In this document: positions 1 to 9,131 of the stretch, piece by piece
Layout of the letters: each line of letters opens with the position of its first letter
Numbering within the stretch: the stretch's first letter is position 1
Assembly (NCBI GenBank): GCA_048882505.1
Contig: JBHLRO010000020.1
Coordinates: forward strand, 1-32,000
Origin: Candidatus Thorarchaeota archaeon
GTDB taxonomy: Archaea; Asgardarchaeota; Heimdallarchaeia; Hodarchaeales; Hodarchaeaceae
Reading direction: 5' to 3'
Length of the DNA: 32,000 bases
Translations under genes and position numbers: made by a program
Notes under the pieces: generated by a model
Databases searched by the model: none
Told to the model about the DNA's origin: nothing
The model's input: only the letters and a program-made list of their open reading frames with translations

Positions 1-157
1 TTATTGCAGTTTTCACTGGACAGGCTTTAATGACAGCCATTCTTCAGCATAGACTCCAATATCAATATTTTCAACGTGCTTTTTTTGAGGCTATCGGTAT
101 TAAGTTAAGAAAAGCCGCCATTAAACGAGTATTTCTCCCTTCTCCTAAGTTTAAAAC

Positions 158-511
158 CTATGTCCGCGCATGCAAACCTAATTCATTTCCAAAAATATCC
201 TGAAACTGTGCTGCGTACCCGACCTCTTCAGAGATCAAATATTTCTCACGGATGATTTTTCCGCCAGCCTCTTCGATATCCAGCAGTTTTTGCTCGATAT
301 TGGCCACTTCGAATACGACATTAATCCCTTTCTCAGGAATTCTATCAACCTTAAAGAATCCAATGCTGGTTTTATAGTCCTCAAAGTATGTTAACCCATA
401 ATCGGGAAACGAATCGATGTCAATTTTCCATTTAAAAATGGAATAATACCAGGATTTAGCTTTTTCTAAATTTAATACTGGAATTTCAACATGACTAACA
501 TAGTCGACCAA
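158..511 (-). CDS. VOC (glyoxalase/bleomycin resistance) family protein
   Basis: 117 aa; HVEIPVLNLEKAKSWYYSIFKW at the N-terminus and VVFEVANIE...EEAGGKI...AAQFQDIFGNELGLH at the C-terminus match the paired beta-alpha-beta-beta-beta VOC pattern. Confidence 0.88.
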   Translation of the reverse strand: MVDYVSHVEIPVLNLEKAKSWYYSIFKWKIDIDSFPDYGLTYFEDYKTSIGFFKVDRIPEKGINVVFEVANIEQKLLDIEEAGGKIIREKYLISEEVGYAAQFQDIFGNELGLHART

Positions 512-860
512 GATAATTTCACCAGATTCATCCCCGTAATAACGAATAAAAACAAACAGTTACTAAATGGTAAGTGCCTTTGCTGGAAGTGGGTATTTGG
601 AGCGCTTTTTTCTTACGGATTTGATAACCCTGGATTATAGCTGCTATTCCTAAGATTATTTAATCCATTTCCTTTAGAAATGACTATGATTTCTCCTTAA
701 CATTATCTAAGCGAAATTCGGTGTTATTTTTTTGTCTTCAGCCTGCGTAACGACCAACGAATATTAGGATGGTCAGCAATTTGAGGGTGGAACATTTCTC
801 TTTTTCCCAATAATCGCCTCTAAGTCTCTCCATGCCTAATCTGAAGAAATCCTGAAGATT

Positions 861-1379
861 CTATCTATTTCTTCCTTCAAGTATCCTGAAGATTTTTGTT
901 AAGGTAGTGTCCTTGAAATCCTCATCCGCTCCTAGGTTAAGTGACTTGCTGATCTCACTGATAATATATTCCCCCTTACCAATAACATACAGAGAACTTA
1001 AGAAAAAAACCACGAAGAAGGTCCAAAAAGGCAATAAGAAAAACCAAAAAACATCAATTAATCCAGGAACACTGAGGTATAAATAGATCGAGAGAAGAAC
1101 CAAACCCAACAAGAATAAGTCAATGAAAAATAATAAATTCTTAAAAATGTTATTTTTGTACTCTCTCACTTCAAACTGTAATTCAAATAACGCCTGTTCA
1201 CGTAGGTGTTTTACATGTTCGTTATTTGGAGTAGGTTCATGTTGGCTGACTTTCCATTTACTCTCAAGTTTGTAGACACTTTGAAGCCAATTTCCCATAC
1301 GTATATAAAAAAAGGCTCCAATAATACTTGTCATCGACACAAAAAACTGAATTACTAAAATAACAAAATCCTGGTTCAT
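861..1379 (-). CDS. Hypothetical membrane protein (about 3 TM with a charged loop)
   Basis: 172 aa; hydrophobic segments at about aa 5-26, 82-103 and 108-133; starts 6 bp after the SBP-NosD stop, so probably co-transcribed. Confidence 0.72.
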   Translation of the reverse strand: MNQDFVILVIQFFVSMTSIIGAFFYIRMGNWLQSVYKLESKWKVSQHEPTPNNEHVKHLREQALFELQFEVREYKNNIFKNLLFFIDLFLLGLVLLSIYLYLSVPGLIDVFWFFLLPFWTFFVVFFLSSLYVIGKGEYIISEISKSLNLGADEDFKDTTLTKIFRILEGRNR

Positions 1380-1385
1380 ATGTGT

Positions 1386-4259
1386 TCATCGCCCGTATTT
1401 TAGGTAAATTGCTGATCCAATAATTAACAGAACTACTAGGACAGCTAAAACTCCCAATGGGCCTGGATCAGGGGTAATAGGCCCAGGCTCAGTAGTACTG
1501 TTGGAATCCTTTTCATTGTCGATTTCAAAGGTGCGATCAGAGGTATCTTCTTCTTCCAGGGCATAGGAGTAGGCAGTGACCTTGATAAGATATTGCATTC
1601 CGTCCTTAACGGTTGTAGTATCCCAATCCAGCTGATTCGCGGAAATATCTCCACTCAAGTGATACCAACGTTCACCGTCGTTATCTGAATATTCAACAGC
1701 ATAAACAATTCTATATTCGTATGAATCTCGTGCATGATGCCACTGAATCGTTTGAGTACCATCTAAGGGGTCTTTCACTATATCAGGATGAGTAACTTTA
1801 GGTGGGTAAAGGAGGTGAACTGGATTTTCATTGTTTGGAAAACTAACTGGAGTCCCATCAGAATTTTGAGTAACCCGAGTTGTTTTTTCAATCTGATAGG
1901 AAATATCTACGATTCCATCCGAATTGGAATCTGGGGTTTGCCAATCATCCCAATAATTGTGAGAAAACATATTGTTTATGCCATCATCGTAAGCCTGAGG
2001 CATGGTACCGGGATTATTTGTAATGAAATCATTGTGAGTTATATTATTATGACTGGAGGAAGAGCTTAGAGAAATGCCATGACCTTGATTTTTATAAAGG
2101 ATATTGTTTAGAATAAGGTTACCATTTGATGAAAGAAAGGTCATGCCATTTCCAGTATTATTCATTATTACAGAGAATGATATTCTTCCACCTATAACAT
2201 TATTAAGAAGGATTCCAGTCTTTCCTCCATTTAAGATGCAATTAGTAATTACAAAACGAACTGTGGAATTTACTACTTCGATCAACGTATCAGAGCCATT
2301 CCCCATTATTATGTAGTTTTCAATAATATAAGGATTCGTAGCTGTTCCATTTCCAGGCCATCCTTCCGCCTTTGCTTGCGCATGAAAACCTGTGTCTCCA
2401 TTAATACTGATAGAAGAGTGGTCAAGGAAAGTTATTCTTCTTTTTACTCCCCAAATTGGTGAGTTTAAATTATATCCGATTTCCTGGTAGAGAGATTGGA
2501 GAAAAGCAAGTGGTTTCGCAGTAGAAGAGCTATTGAGGGTTTCAAGATTTGTGTAGGGTAGAGTATTTTTATCTACCACGTCAATTTCGCCACTATACAA
2601 AGAAAGAAGTGCGCTTGCTGCATTTGAGATTAGTTTTATACTAATATTGTTGAGGGAAGGCGCAACCGTTCCCATTAACGTGTGATTAAATCCATTCCAC
2701 TTTTCCAGCTTCCATAATTCATTTTGCGTATCGAGGGATTTGATTTTATAGGGCCCGTATCCCACGGGTCCGTGGGTCGTATTTCCTTTGTTGAAGACAT
2801 GGGTATCCCATGTTGTATAAGCAGGACCGCCCATTGCAGGATCTAAAAGGTGTGCAGGGATAATTGGTAAGGTTAAGAGCACTTCCTTAAAGAACGGCTC
2901 GAATTTAGTGAGTTCGATTTTCACTGCTGTTTCATTAAGGACGGTGACACTATTGTTGTTTATGATATCGGCATAGGAATAGTAGAGGGAATCAATGGCC
3001 GGTTTAAGAATAGCCTGGTAAGTGAATCTTATATCACTGGCATTTAAGGGCTCATTATCATGCCATTTCAGACCAGAATGAAGATTAATAAAATATGTGA
3101 GACCATCAGCGGAGACATTCCATCTATTTGCCAAATAGGGCCTAACAAACCAATTCATGAAACTAGAATCATTCGAGGGAGTATCAATAGCGAACAATCC
3201 TCCTGGAAAGACGCTTTGGGTTACATAATTATCGTAGTAGCTAGAAATTCTCAGGATAGGATTAAAATCACCTAAATTTTGGGGAACGGAAATCGTAACT
3301 TTTGATTGGTTCCCTATTGTCCAATTTTCATAATTCCAAATAAGAAATGGATTAAACCCTTCAAAATACTTATCCAAACCCCACAGTTCGAGATTTTGGT
3401 GTAGAATAGACTTGGGAACATATTCTACAAACCATTCTTGAAAATCATGGAAAGCTTGGACACGTTTGGTTTTGTTAGGATTTTTTTCCATTGTATCTAT
3501 GAGGTTATCTGCTACGGACGAATTTAGGCCGATATAATCCCAAGAACCAGCAAGTACCGGCCTAGTAGGTGACACGTTCCACCCAATATAAACTACATCA
3601 AATCCTCCCTCATCATAGCTCTCCCCATTGGTCATGTTTTGGTTAAAAATTCGATTCGCTAGATCAATCCAACTGGTAACTATATTAGTAACATTAATTC
3701 CTATCTTCCCCCACTCTACTGAAGTTCTGTTTGCCCATTGGATACGAAGGGGATTGTTATTAGGGACAAGGGCTGTGAGAGCGAAATATGGTTTGCTTTC
3801 GTCAACAAACGTAGTAGTAGGATTATCTGTAGCATTAAAACGATATCCAAATACTGATTCCATCAAATCTAACGCTTTAGTCGTGTTAAATGAACGCGCG
3901 GATAAACTGGAATTGAAATACATCCCGTTTTGAGGTATAACAGGCGTAGCTAGCGATTGAGCTGAACCACCTAATATTGTATCAATAATTTGTTGTCTTG
4001 GTATCGCGTAATCCATTGCCTGACGAATCAAAGTCCGTTCTGTCTCGTTTAAATTATTTGAAAACCAAAGAGGGTTGTTGAAATTGGCTTGCAAATCTTG
4101 GATCCATGTTTCCGTCCTGGGATGAGCTTTTTGTGATGTTTTGGTGATTCCTCCTCGTAAGGGATAGATTAAGAATAAAAAGCTGATGACAATAAAAATG
4201 AGTAGTAAGGATTCGAGTCGTGTTAACATCGTTTCATTAAATTTTCTCCTTCTTTCCAC
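1386..4259 (-). CDS. Family-5 (DppA/OppA-like) solute-binding protein, circularly permuted, fused to NosD/right-handed beta-helix, Ig/FnIII-like domain and C-terminal membrane anchor
   Basis: N-terminal signal/TM. SBP motifs IRQAMDYAIPRQQII, FDVVYIGW, PYLANRWNVSADGLTYFINLHSGLKWHDNEPLNASDIRFT, GYGPYKI, LYSGEIDV. Then GWPGNGTATNPYIIEN and beta-helix repeats (GILLNN, NNTGNG, YKNQGHGISL), VEYSDNDGERW...LDWDTTTVKDGMQYLIKVTA, and a C-terminal TM plus KYGR. Many N-x-S/T sequons. Confidence 0.88.
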   Translation of the reverse strand: MERRRKFNETMLTRLESLLLIFIVISFLFLIYPLRGGITKTSQKAHPRTETWIQDLQANFNNPLWFSNNLNETERTLIRQAMDYAIPRQQIIDTILGGSAQSLATPVIPQNGMYFNSSLSARSFNTTKALDLMESVFGYRFNATDNPTTTFVDESKPYFALTALVPNNNPLRIQWANRTSVEWGKIGINVTNIVTSWIDLANRIFNQNMTNGESYDEGGFDVVYIGWNVSPTRPVLAGSWDYIGLNSSVADNLIDTMEKNPNKTKRVQAFHDFQEWFVEYVPKSILHQNLELWGLDKYFEGFNPFLIWNYENWTIGNQSKVTISVPQNLGDFNPILRISSYYDNYVTQSVFPGGLFAIDTPSNDSSFMNWFVRPYLANRWNVSADGLTYFINLHSGLKWHDNEPLNASDIRFTYQAILKPAIDSLYYSYADIINNNSVTVLNETAVKIELTKFEPFFKEVLLTLPIIPAHLLDPAMGGPAYTTWDTHVFNKGNTTHGPVGYGPYKIKSLDTQNELWKLEKWNGFNHTLMGTVAPSLNNISIKLISNAASALLSLYSGEIDVVDKNTLPYTNLETLNSSSTAKPLAFLQSLYQEIGYNLNSPIWGVKRRITFLDHSSISINGDTGFHAQAKAEGWPGNGTATNPYIIENYIIMGNGSDTLIEVVNSTVRFVITNCILNGGKTGILLNNVIGGRISFSVIMNNTGNGMTFLSSNGNLILNNILYKNQGHGISLSSSSSHNNITHNDFITNNPGTMPQAYDDGINNMFSHNYWDDWQTPDSNSDGIVDISYQIEKTTRVTQNSDGTPVSFPNNENPVHLLYPPKVTHPDIVKDPLDGTQTIQWHHARDSYEYRIVYAVEYSDNDGERWYHLSGDISANQLDWDTTTVKDGMQYLIKVTAYSYALEEEDTSDRTFEIDNEKDSNSTTEPGPITPDPGPLGVLAVLVVLLIIGSAIYLKYGR

Positions 4260-4507
4260 CTAATCCGCTCCAAGAATGTCCCTGCTAAACTTTTTCCGTA
4301 AGATCAAGTACCCTTATAAAGCTAGAAGGCCAATAAAGTCACTGTTTTTCTTGAAATCCTAGTGAAAAAGTTGTCCTAGACTGTATTTAAACAAGCATGC
4401 AAAGGGTGAAGAGAGTTCAGCCAAAACACAAATCTGTATCAAAGAGGGTGAACTGAGAGCCAATTTCACGAGCGCCGGTTTAGAGCAGAGGGTTTGAGGA
4501 ATGAAAG

Positions 4508-5689
4508 ATGAGTGAGGATGTCAAGAAACCACCACGATTGAATTATGTGTTCTACGGTCTAGTTTGTATTTTTCTTAGTGTTATCCTATTACTTATTGCA
4601 TCACGGTCAATTAATCCCCCTGAAGGGATAATTACTTTGACTGAAGAACCACCAGTCTTAACGGAAGATATGACGGCATTACAGACCTTACGGCTTTTAG
4701 GATTTATTGGTGTAATCATATCCATTGCATTTTTTGTTTGTGGAGGGATTTTTTTTGCGATTGGGTTAAGGGCGCAACGAGCGGAATTTGATACAAGTTT
4801 ATTGGAGGGAATGAGAGCTCAATGGTCAAAAAGTCGTGGATTCCAAATCTTTCTTTTTCTGACATTGGTGTGGACTGGCATCTGGATATTTAATACAGCT
4901 ACGGCGCCAAAGATCGGGGACATTACCTTTCCCCTCTATTCGATACGAGAAGCTTTTCTTCAACGTGCATTGCCAACCACCCCTATTGAGGATCTACCTC
5001 CGAATTCCAGTTACCACATTCAAGGGATAACACTTGATTTCTTTGTCCTTCTCTTATTTTGGTATATGATTTTTGTCCGAATTCGACCTGGAGAACAGTA
5101 TTTGGAAGGCTTTGTTGACTTTACCATGAGGCGGCCGCTATTTTTCGTAATATTCTGGATTGCTGCATTTTATCATATCGTTGGACATCTACCGATGGAA
5201 TTCTATGGGATTGGTCTGTGGGGAGGTGGTCTGGAACAGGATTTACTTGGAACGCCGTTTCCATATACGTCGGATACTCAGAAATTATATCTAGAGGGCT
5301 GGTTTGCTTTTGATAAGTTTGCCCATATGGCGACCTCGGTGGTTATAAGTATGGCCCTCGTAGGGGTCGTAACGCGACAAATCCGAAAGATGGGTGCTAC
5401 TAGTGATCAGGGAACAAAATTTATTTTTCTTACAGCCGGACTTGTAACCATTGCAATCGGGGTATTGTGGGAGTTTGCCGAATTATTGATATTTTTTGGC
5501 GAACTTCAACTAGATATAGTTACGATTGAATATTTCGCCAAGGAATTTAATGGCTCAATGAAAGATCTGGTGTGGAATAGCAATGGAGCCGCCGTTGGAA
5601 TTATACTTTCGGTTTTAGATCAAAAGCTAGTGGATCATAACGGTCTTAATGATATTCGTAGAAGGGATGATATTGAAAAAGAAATCTAA
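4508..5689 (+). CDS. Polytopic membrane protein with C-terminal DUF2238/VanZ-like motif set
   Basis: 393 aa, about 8 TM segments; FDKFAH...IGVLWEFAE...KDLVWNSNGA resembles the D-K-x-x-H / W-E-x-x-E / D-x-x-x-N signature of YjdF(DUF2238)/VanZ-like proteins. Confidence 0.7.
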   Translation: MSEDVKKPPRLNYVFYGLVCIFLSVILLLIASRSINPPEGIITLTEEPPVLTEDMTALQTLRLLGFIGVIISIAFFVCGGIFFAIGLRAQRAEFDTSLLEGMRAQWSKSRGFQIFLFLTLVWTGIWIFNTATAPKIGDITFPLYSIREAFLQRALPTTPIEDLPPNSSYHIQGITLDFFVLLLFWYMIFVRIRPGEQYLEGFVDFTMRRPLFFVIFWIAAFYHIVGHLPMEFYGIGLWGGGLEQDLLGTPFPYTSDTQKLYLEGWFAFDKFAHMATSVVISMALVGVVTRQIRKMGATSDQGTKFIFLTAGLVTIAIGVLWEFAELLIFFGELQLDIVTIEYFAKEFNGSMKDLVWNSNGAAVGIILSVLDQKLVDHNGLNDIRRRDDIEKEI

Positions 5690-5720
5690 TATAAATGCTA
5701 TTTCAAGTGAAGAACAGTAT

Positions 5721-7247
5721 ATGAAGGCTGTTTTTTGTATTTTAGATGGATGTAGCACAGAAGGATTTGAATGGGCGCTGAGAAATGAAATCGAAAAACA
5801 GCTCATCAAGGCAGATTGGTTCTATAGACAGCTAAATTACGCCTTCTATAGCCATTCAATAACAAGTTTTCCCACAATAACACCAACAGAACATGCTTCT
5901 TTATTGACAGGAACCTATCCCGATAATCATGGAATTCCAGGGATGAAATGGTATGATCGAAAAAAGCAGGATATGGAGAATTACTTCTTTATAGGTGAAT
6001 TAGAAGGGAAACCAGGCCTTATTCCAGCATTAAAGAGATTCCTCAGGTGGATGCCTAGGATTGGAGATGGAATTGATGACCTTGTGGACATAATATCTAA
6101 CACACACCTGTCCCAAAATGTTTTAACCATATTTGAAGCAATAGATCCCGATAATACTTTTTGCTTCAAAGAATTCATCCGGAGAGGAGCAAATAATTAT
6201 GATGTGGATCTTATCGCACATCTATTAGATAAGGTTAATCTTCAGACTCTCAAACAATTTCTAAACCATAAATACCAAGATAAATCTTCTCCTGACCTCA
6301 TTGTATATTGGAAAATCTACACCGATCAGAAGGCGCATCGCAGCGGCCCCCAAAGCAGGCAATTAAGAAAAGAAGTAATTAATGGATTAAAACGAGCCAA
6401 AGATATCATCAGTTTTTATCTTGATCGAAAGGAACCTGTCTTACTAGTTGTCACAGCCGATCATGGCCAAAGTAAAATTACGGAAAAGGATCCGGTGGGT
6501 TTTGAGAACAGTGTAAAACGATTCAAAAAGACTCAAACTCAAAATATTAAGGTTCAAATAGCTGATAATGGACGATTTGTTTATTTCTATTTGGATCCAG
6601 ATTCGCCTGCTATTCGCCACGCATTGGTTTCAGAATTAGCGAATGAAAGACCAATTGATCTTATTTTTTATAAGGATACAAATAATCAGATTCAAGTGAT
6701 ACACTGCCTTCAAACAGAGATCATCCGACAACCTCTAGCATCTATTTCACTAAGCAATGACATGTATCCAAATGCGGTGGAAAGGATTACAAGGATAATG
6801 GATAGTAAGAGGGCAGGAGATATCCTTATATCTTTAAAAGAAGGGTATTCAACTCATGAGAAAAAAAAGGGGGATCACGGTTCTCTTATTAGCGGTGATT
6901 CATTAGTTCCCCTCTTAATTCACCCATTTAAAGGAAAAGACGAGAGATTACCTTTAGTGTCCAATCGTTTCCGAAGAGGATTTCAAATCTACCAAACAGC
7001 TATTCAGCAATCACGTATCATTCGACGAAGGCCAATTGAACGATTTGAGCTAGATCCTGAAGAATTCCAATCATATATTGATATTGTACCAACAATTTTG
7101 TCATATTTGAATCCTGCGTGTTATTCGGCCAAGTATCAAGAGAATCCAAGGATTTTTCCTGGCGATTCAATAAGAGAGAGAATTGAGGATTATTATCAAT
7201 CACCTAGATATAAAGTTCTACCGCCATCACTTCATCTCGGGATCTAA
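5721..7247 (+). CDS. Alkaline phosphatase superfamily, nucleotide pyrophosphatase/phosphodiesterase-like
   Basis: ILDG, SFPTITPTEHASLLTGTYPDNHGI (Thr nucleophile), YTDQKAH, TADHG and GDHGS metal-ligand motifs. The ORF opens at 5649; ATG 5721 (MKAVFCILDG) is the likelier start and ATG 5667 is an alternative. No signal peptide. Confidence 0.85.
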   Translation: MKAVFCILDGCSTEGFEWALRNEIEKQLIKADWFYRQLNYAFYSHSITSFPTITPTEHASLLTGTYPDNHGIPGMKWYDRKKQDMENYFFIGELEGKPGLIPALKRFLRWMPRIGDGIDDLVDIISNTHLSQNVLTIFEAIDPDNTFCFKEFIRRGANNYDVDLIAHLLDKVNLQTLKQFLNHKYQDKSSPDLIVYWKIYTDQKAHRSGPQSRQLRKEVINGLKRAKDIISFYLDRKEPVLLVVTADHGQSKITEKDPVGFENSVKRFKKTQTQNIKVQIADNGRFVYFYLDPDSPAIRHALVSELANERPIDLIFYKDTNNQIQVIHCLQTEIIRQPLASISLSNDMYPNAVERITRIMDSKRAGDILISLKEGYSTHEKKKGDHGSLISGDSLVPLLIHPFKGKDERLPLVSNRFRRGFQIYQTAIQQSRIIRRRPIERFELDPEEFQSYIDIVPTILSYLNPACYSAKYQENPRIFPGDSIRERIEDYYQSPRYKVLPPSLHLGI

Positions 7248-7516
7248 TTGGAATTTCGAAAGAATGGAAAGTGGAACCCCTAATCACAAGGATAGTCCAG
7301 CAGCGGCTGAAAAATATTCCCATCGAAGCAATGCGGGCTACAGGATATAAAAGATTCGGGCTTCATTACCTCCGATTACCAGATCATCGATGTTATCATT
7401 ATTCAGATCCCCTGTGGGACTATGAGCAGAATACGCGCTAAGCCATTCAGTTCTATCTGTACTGAAAGCAATATTTACCCTGTGACAACACATCAGAGAT
7501 CGAAGGATAATTTGGA

Positions 7517-7621
7517 CTATTTTTTCTTGGGGCGCCTGTTAATGTATAGAATGATGCCCATAAAAATACAGAAACAACAGAGTACACCTATCCTAGTAAA
7601 CTGACTGCTGGCTATGTTCAT
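7517..7621 (-). CDS. Small single-TM peptide or orphan C-terminal anchor remnant (34 aa)
   Basis: My translation: MNIASSQFTRIGVLCCFCIFMGIILYINRRPKKK*; a hydrophobic helix plus basic tail like the anchors of neighbouring surface proteins; begins 15 bp after the 7637 stop. Confidence 0.3.
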   Translation of the reverse strand: MNIASSQFTRIGVLCCFCIFMGIILYINRRPKKK

Positions 7622-7636
7622 CCTTCCATAATCATT

Positions 7637-9004
7637 TCATTTCTTCTCTGATCTAATCCCTGCTGCCCGCGAGTTTTTTCTCTTTCTACGGAATGCAAGG
7701 ATGAGGAGCATCACACAGAACACAGGGCCTGTCACAAATGATGAGGCTCCGGTGGTTGGGGGCATCCAATCTTCATCAAGTTCTAGTTTGAATAACCATG
7801 CATCTACTCCCCCTGCTCCTTTAGACACTGTCCTTCCAGCTAGAACAAAGTTACCATCAGAACTTTGAATCATATCCCAAGCGAACTCGTCATCGCTTTC
7901 ATAACCATGTGTTTGGTTCCAGAGAACGTTGCCATCATTGTCGATTTTTAGGAGCCAATTATCACCATTGCCTGGTCCATATGACTTTGTATGAGCCATG
8001 AGAAGATAGCCATCATCGACTTCAAGTATAAGATTCGCCCAGTCATTGAAATTTCCGCTAAAGTATTTATCCCATTCTTTTGTTCCATTTTCAAATATTT
8101 TGATGAGCCACAGTTCATTATCGTACCCCGAAACAAACGAATTTCCCCATAGAAAAAAACCTCCATCGGAGGTTTCGATAAGATCATAGCCAAGATCCAT
8201 ATCTGATGTACCGTACGTTTGATTCCATAATTCAGTTCCATTAGCATCAGTTCTATAGATAATTAGATCATGACCATATGGATCAGAGGGTGAATTACCC
8301 GTCCGTCCGATTGCAAGGTATCCCCCAGAGGAGACTTCTATCACAGAGAATGTTCTATCAAAACGGATGCCCCCATAAGTGGCATTCCATTCCTCTGTTC
8401 CCGTACTATCCAATTTTAGTAACCAGGCATCAGGGGAAGCATCTGGGGATGGGATATACCGACCTGTCAAAATATATCCTCCATCAGAAGTCTGGATTCC
8501 CCGATCAAAGTCATCACTACCTGAGCCGCCAAAGGTTTTGTTCCATTCGGGGTCTCCATTGTTATCCGTTTTAACTATCCAAAAATCATTAGCCCCATTT
8601 CCAAACGATTGAGTAGCCCCGGCTAAGAGATATCCTGTATCTGGTGTTTGGAAAATTGCGGAGAAGGAATCTGATGAAACACCACCGTACGTCTTGTTGA
8701 ACTCTATGATTCCATTCGTGTCCGTCTTGATTAACCAGCCATCAGAATCTCCCGCACCATATGAGGTTGTATGTCCTACGATCGCAAACCCTCCATCAGA
8801 TGATTGGATTATACCACGCGCTGCATCATCGCCAGTCCCTCCATAGAAAAATTCCCATAGAGTAACCATCGGGCCTTGACTGGATAACCTGTAATTCTGA
8901 TCCCTCTCTTGCGGGGATCCGGTCACGATAGTATATGAAATTGATAGAAGTAGACAGAAGACCAAGATTTCAGCTCTTCTAAGGCTTTTCCTTTTACTAG
9001 TCAT
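7637..9004 (-). CDS. Secreted, membrane-anchored 7-bladed beta-propeller surface protein
   Basis: Signal peptide; seven ~52-aa repeats of type D-x-IQTSDGGYxLxGxTxSxGxGxxDxWLxKxDxxGxxxWNxTYGG; C-terminal TM plus RRKRK; SD-like AGGAGG upstream (9012-9017 on minus). Confidence 0.88.
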   Translation of the reverse strand: MTSKRKSLRRAEILVFCLLLSISYTIVTGSPQERDQNYRLSSQGPMVTLWEFFYGGTGDDAARGIIQSSDGGFAIVGHTTSYGAGDSDGWLIKTDTNGIIEFNKTYGGVSSDSFSAIFQTPDTGYLLAGATQSFGNGANDFWIVKTDNNGDPEWNKTFGGSGSDDFDRGIQTSDGGYILTGRYIPSPDASPDAWLLKLDSTGTEEWNATYGGIRFDRTFSVIEVSSGGYLAIGRTGNSPSDPYGHDLIIYRTDANGTELWNQTYGTSDMDLGYDLIETSDGGFFLWGNSFVSGYDNELWLIKIFENGTKEWDKYFSGNFNDWANLILEVDDGYLLMAHTKSYGPGNGDNWLLKIDNDGNVLWNQTHGYESDDEFAWDMIQSSDGNFVLAGRTVSKGAGGVDAWLFKLELDEDWMPPTTGASSFVTGPVFCVMLLILAFRRKRKNSRAAGIRSEKK

Positions 9005-9131
9005 GTTATAACCTCCTGCTAGTGGCTTTTCATCTTTTATTTCGAAAATCTACTTTTTTAATACTGAAATTTTCCGGTACGGCTTTTTATTATTCAATCG
9101 AGCATTCTGGGATCAATTATTGGGGAATAGA

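Noticed and set aside
3-203. Open plus-strand frame from the window edge (IAVFTGQALMTAILQHRLQYQYFQRAFF...)
   Set aside because: Could be a 3' gene end, but there is no recognisable motif and it overlaps the VOC gene by 46 nt; cannot be supported from this window.
540-680. Minus-strand IILGIAAIIQGYQIRKKK segment resembling an anchor tail
   Set aside because: Preceded by an immediate stop with no start; too short to separate from chance.
1445-3933. Small ORFs overlapping the SBP-NosD gene (1445-1654, 1788-2069, 2104-2316, 3060-3275, 3628-3933)
   Set aside because: Shadow or alternate frames of a strongly supported gene, with no motifs. The same applies to the other short nested ORFs across the window.
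7271-7604. Plus-strand short ORFs (56 aa from GTG 7271; 60 aa at 7422-7604)
   Set aside because: No SD, no motif, no coding-like composition.
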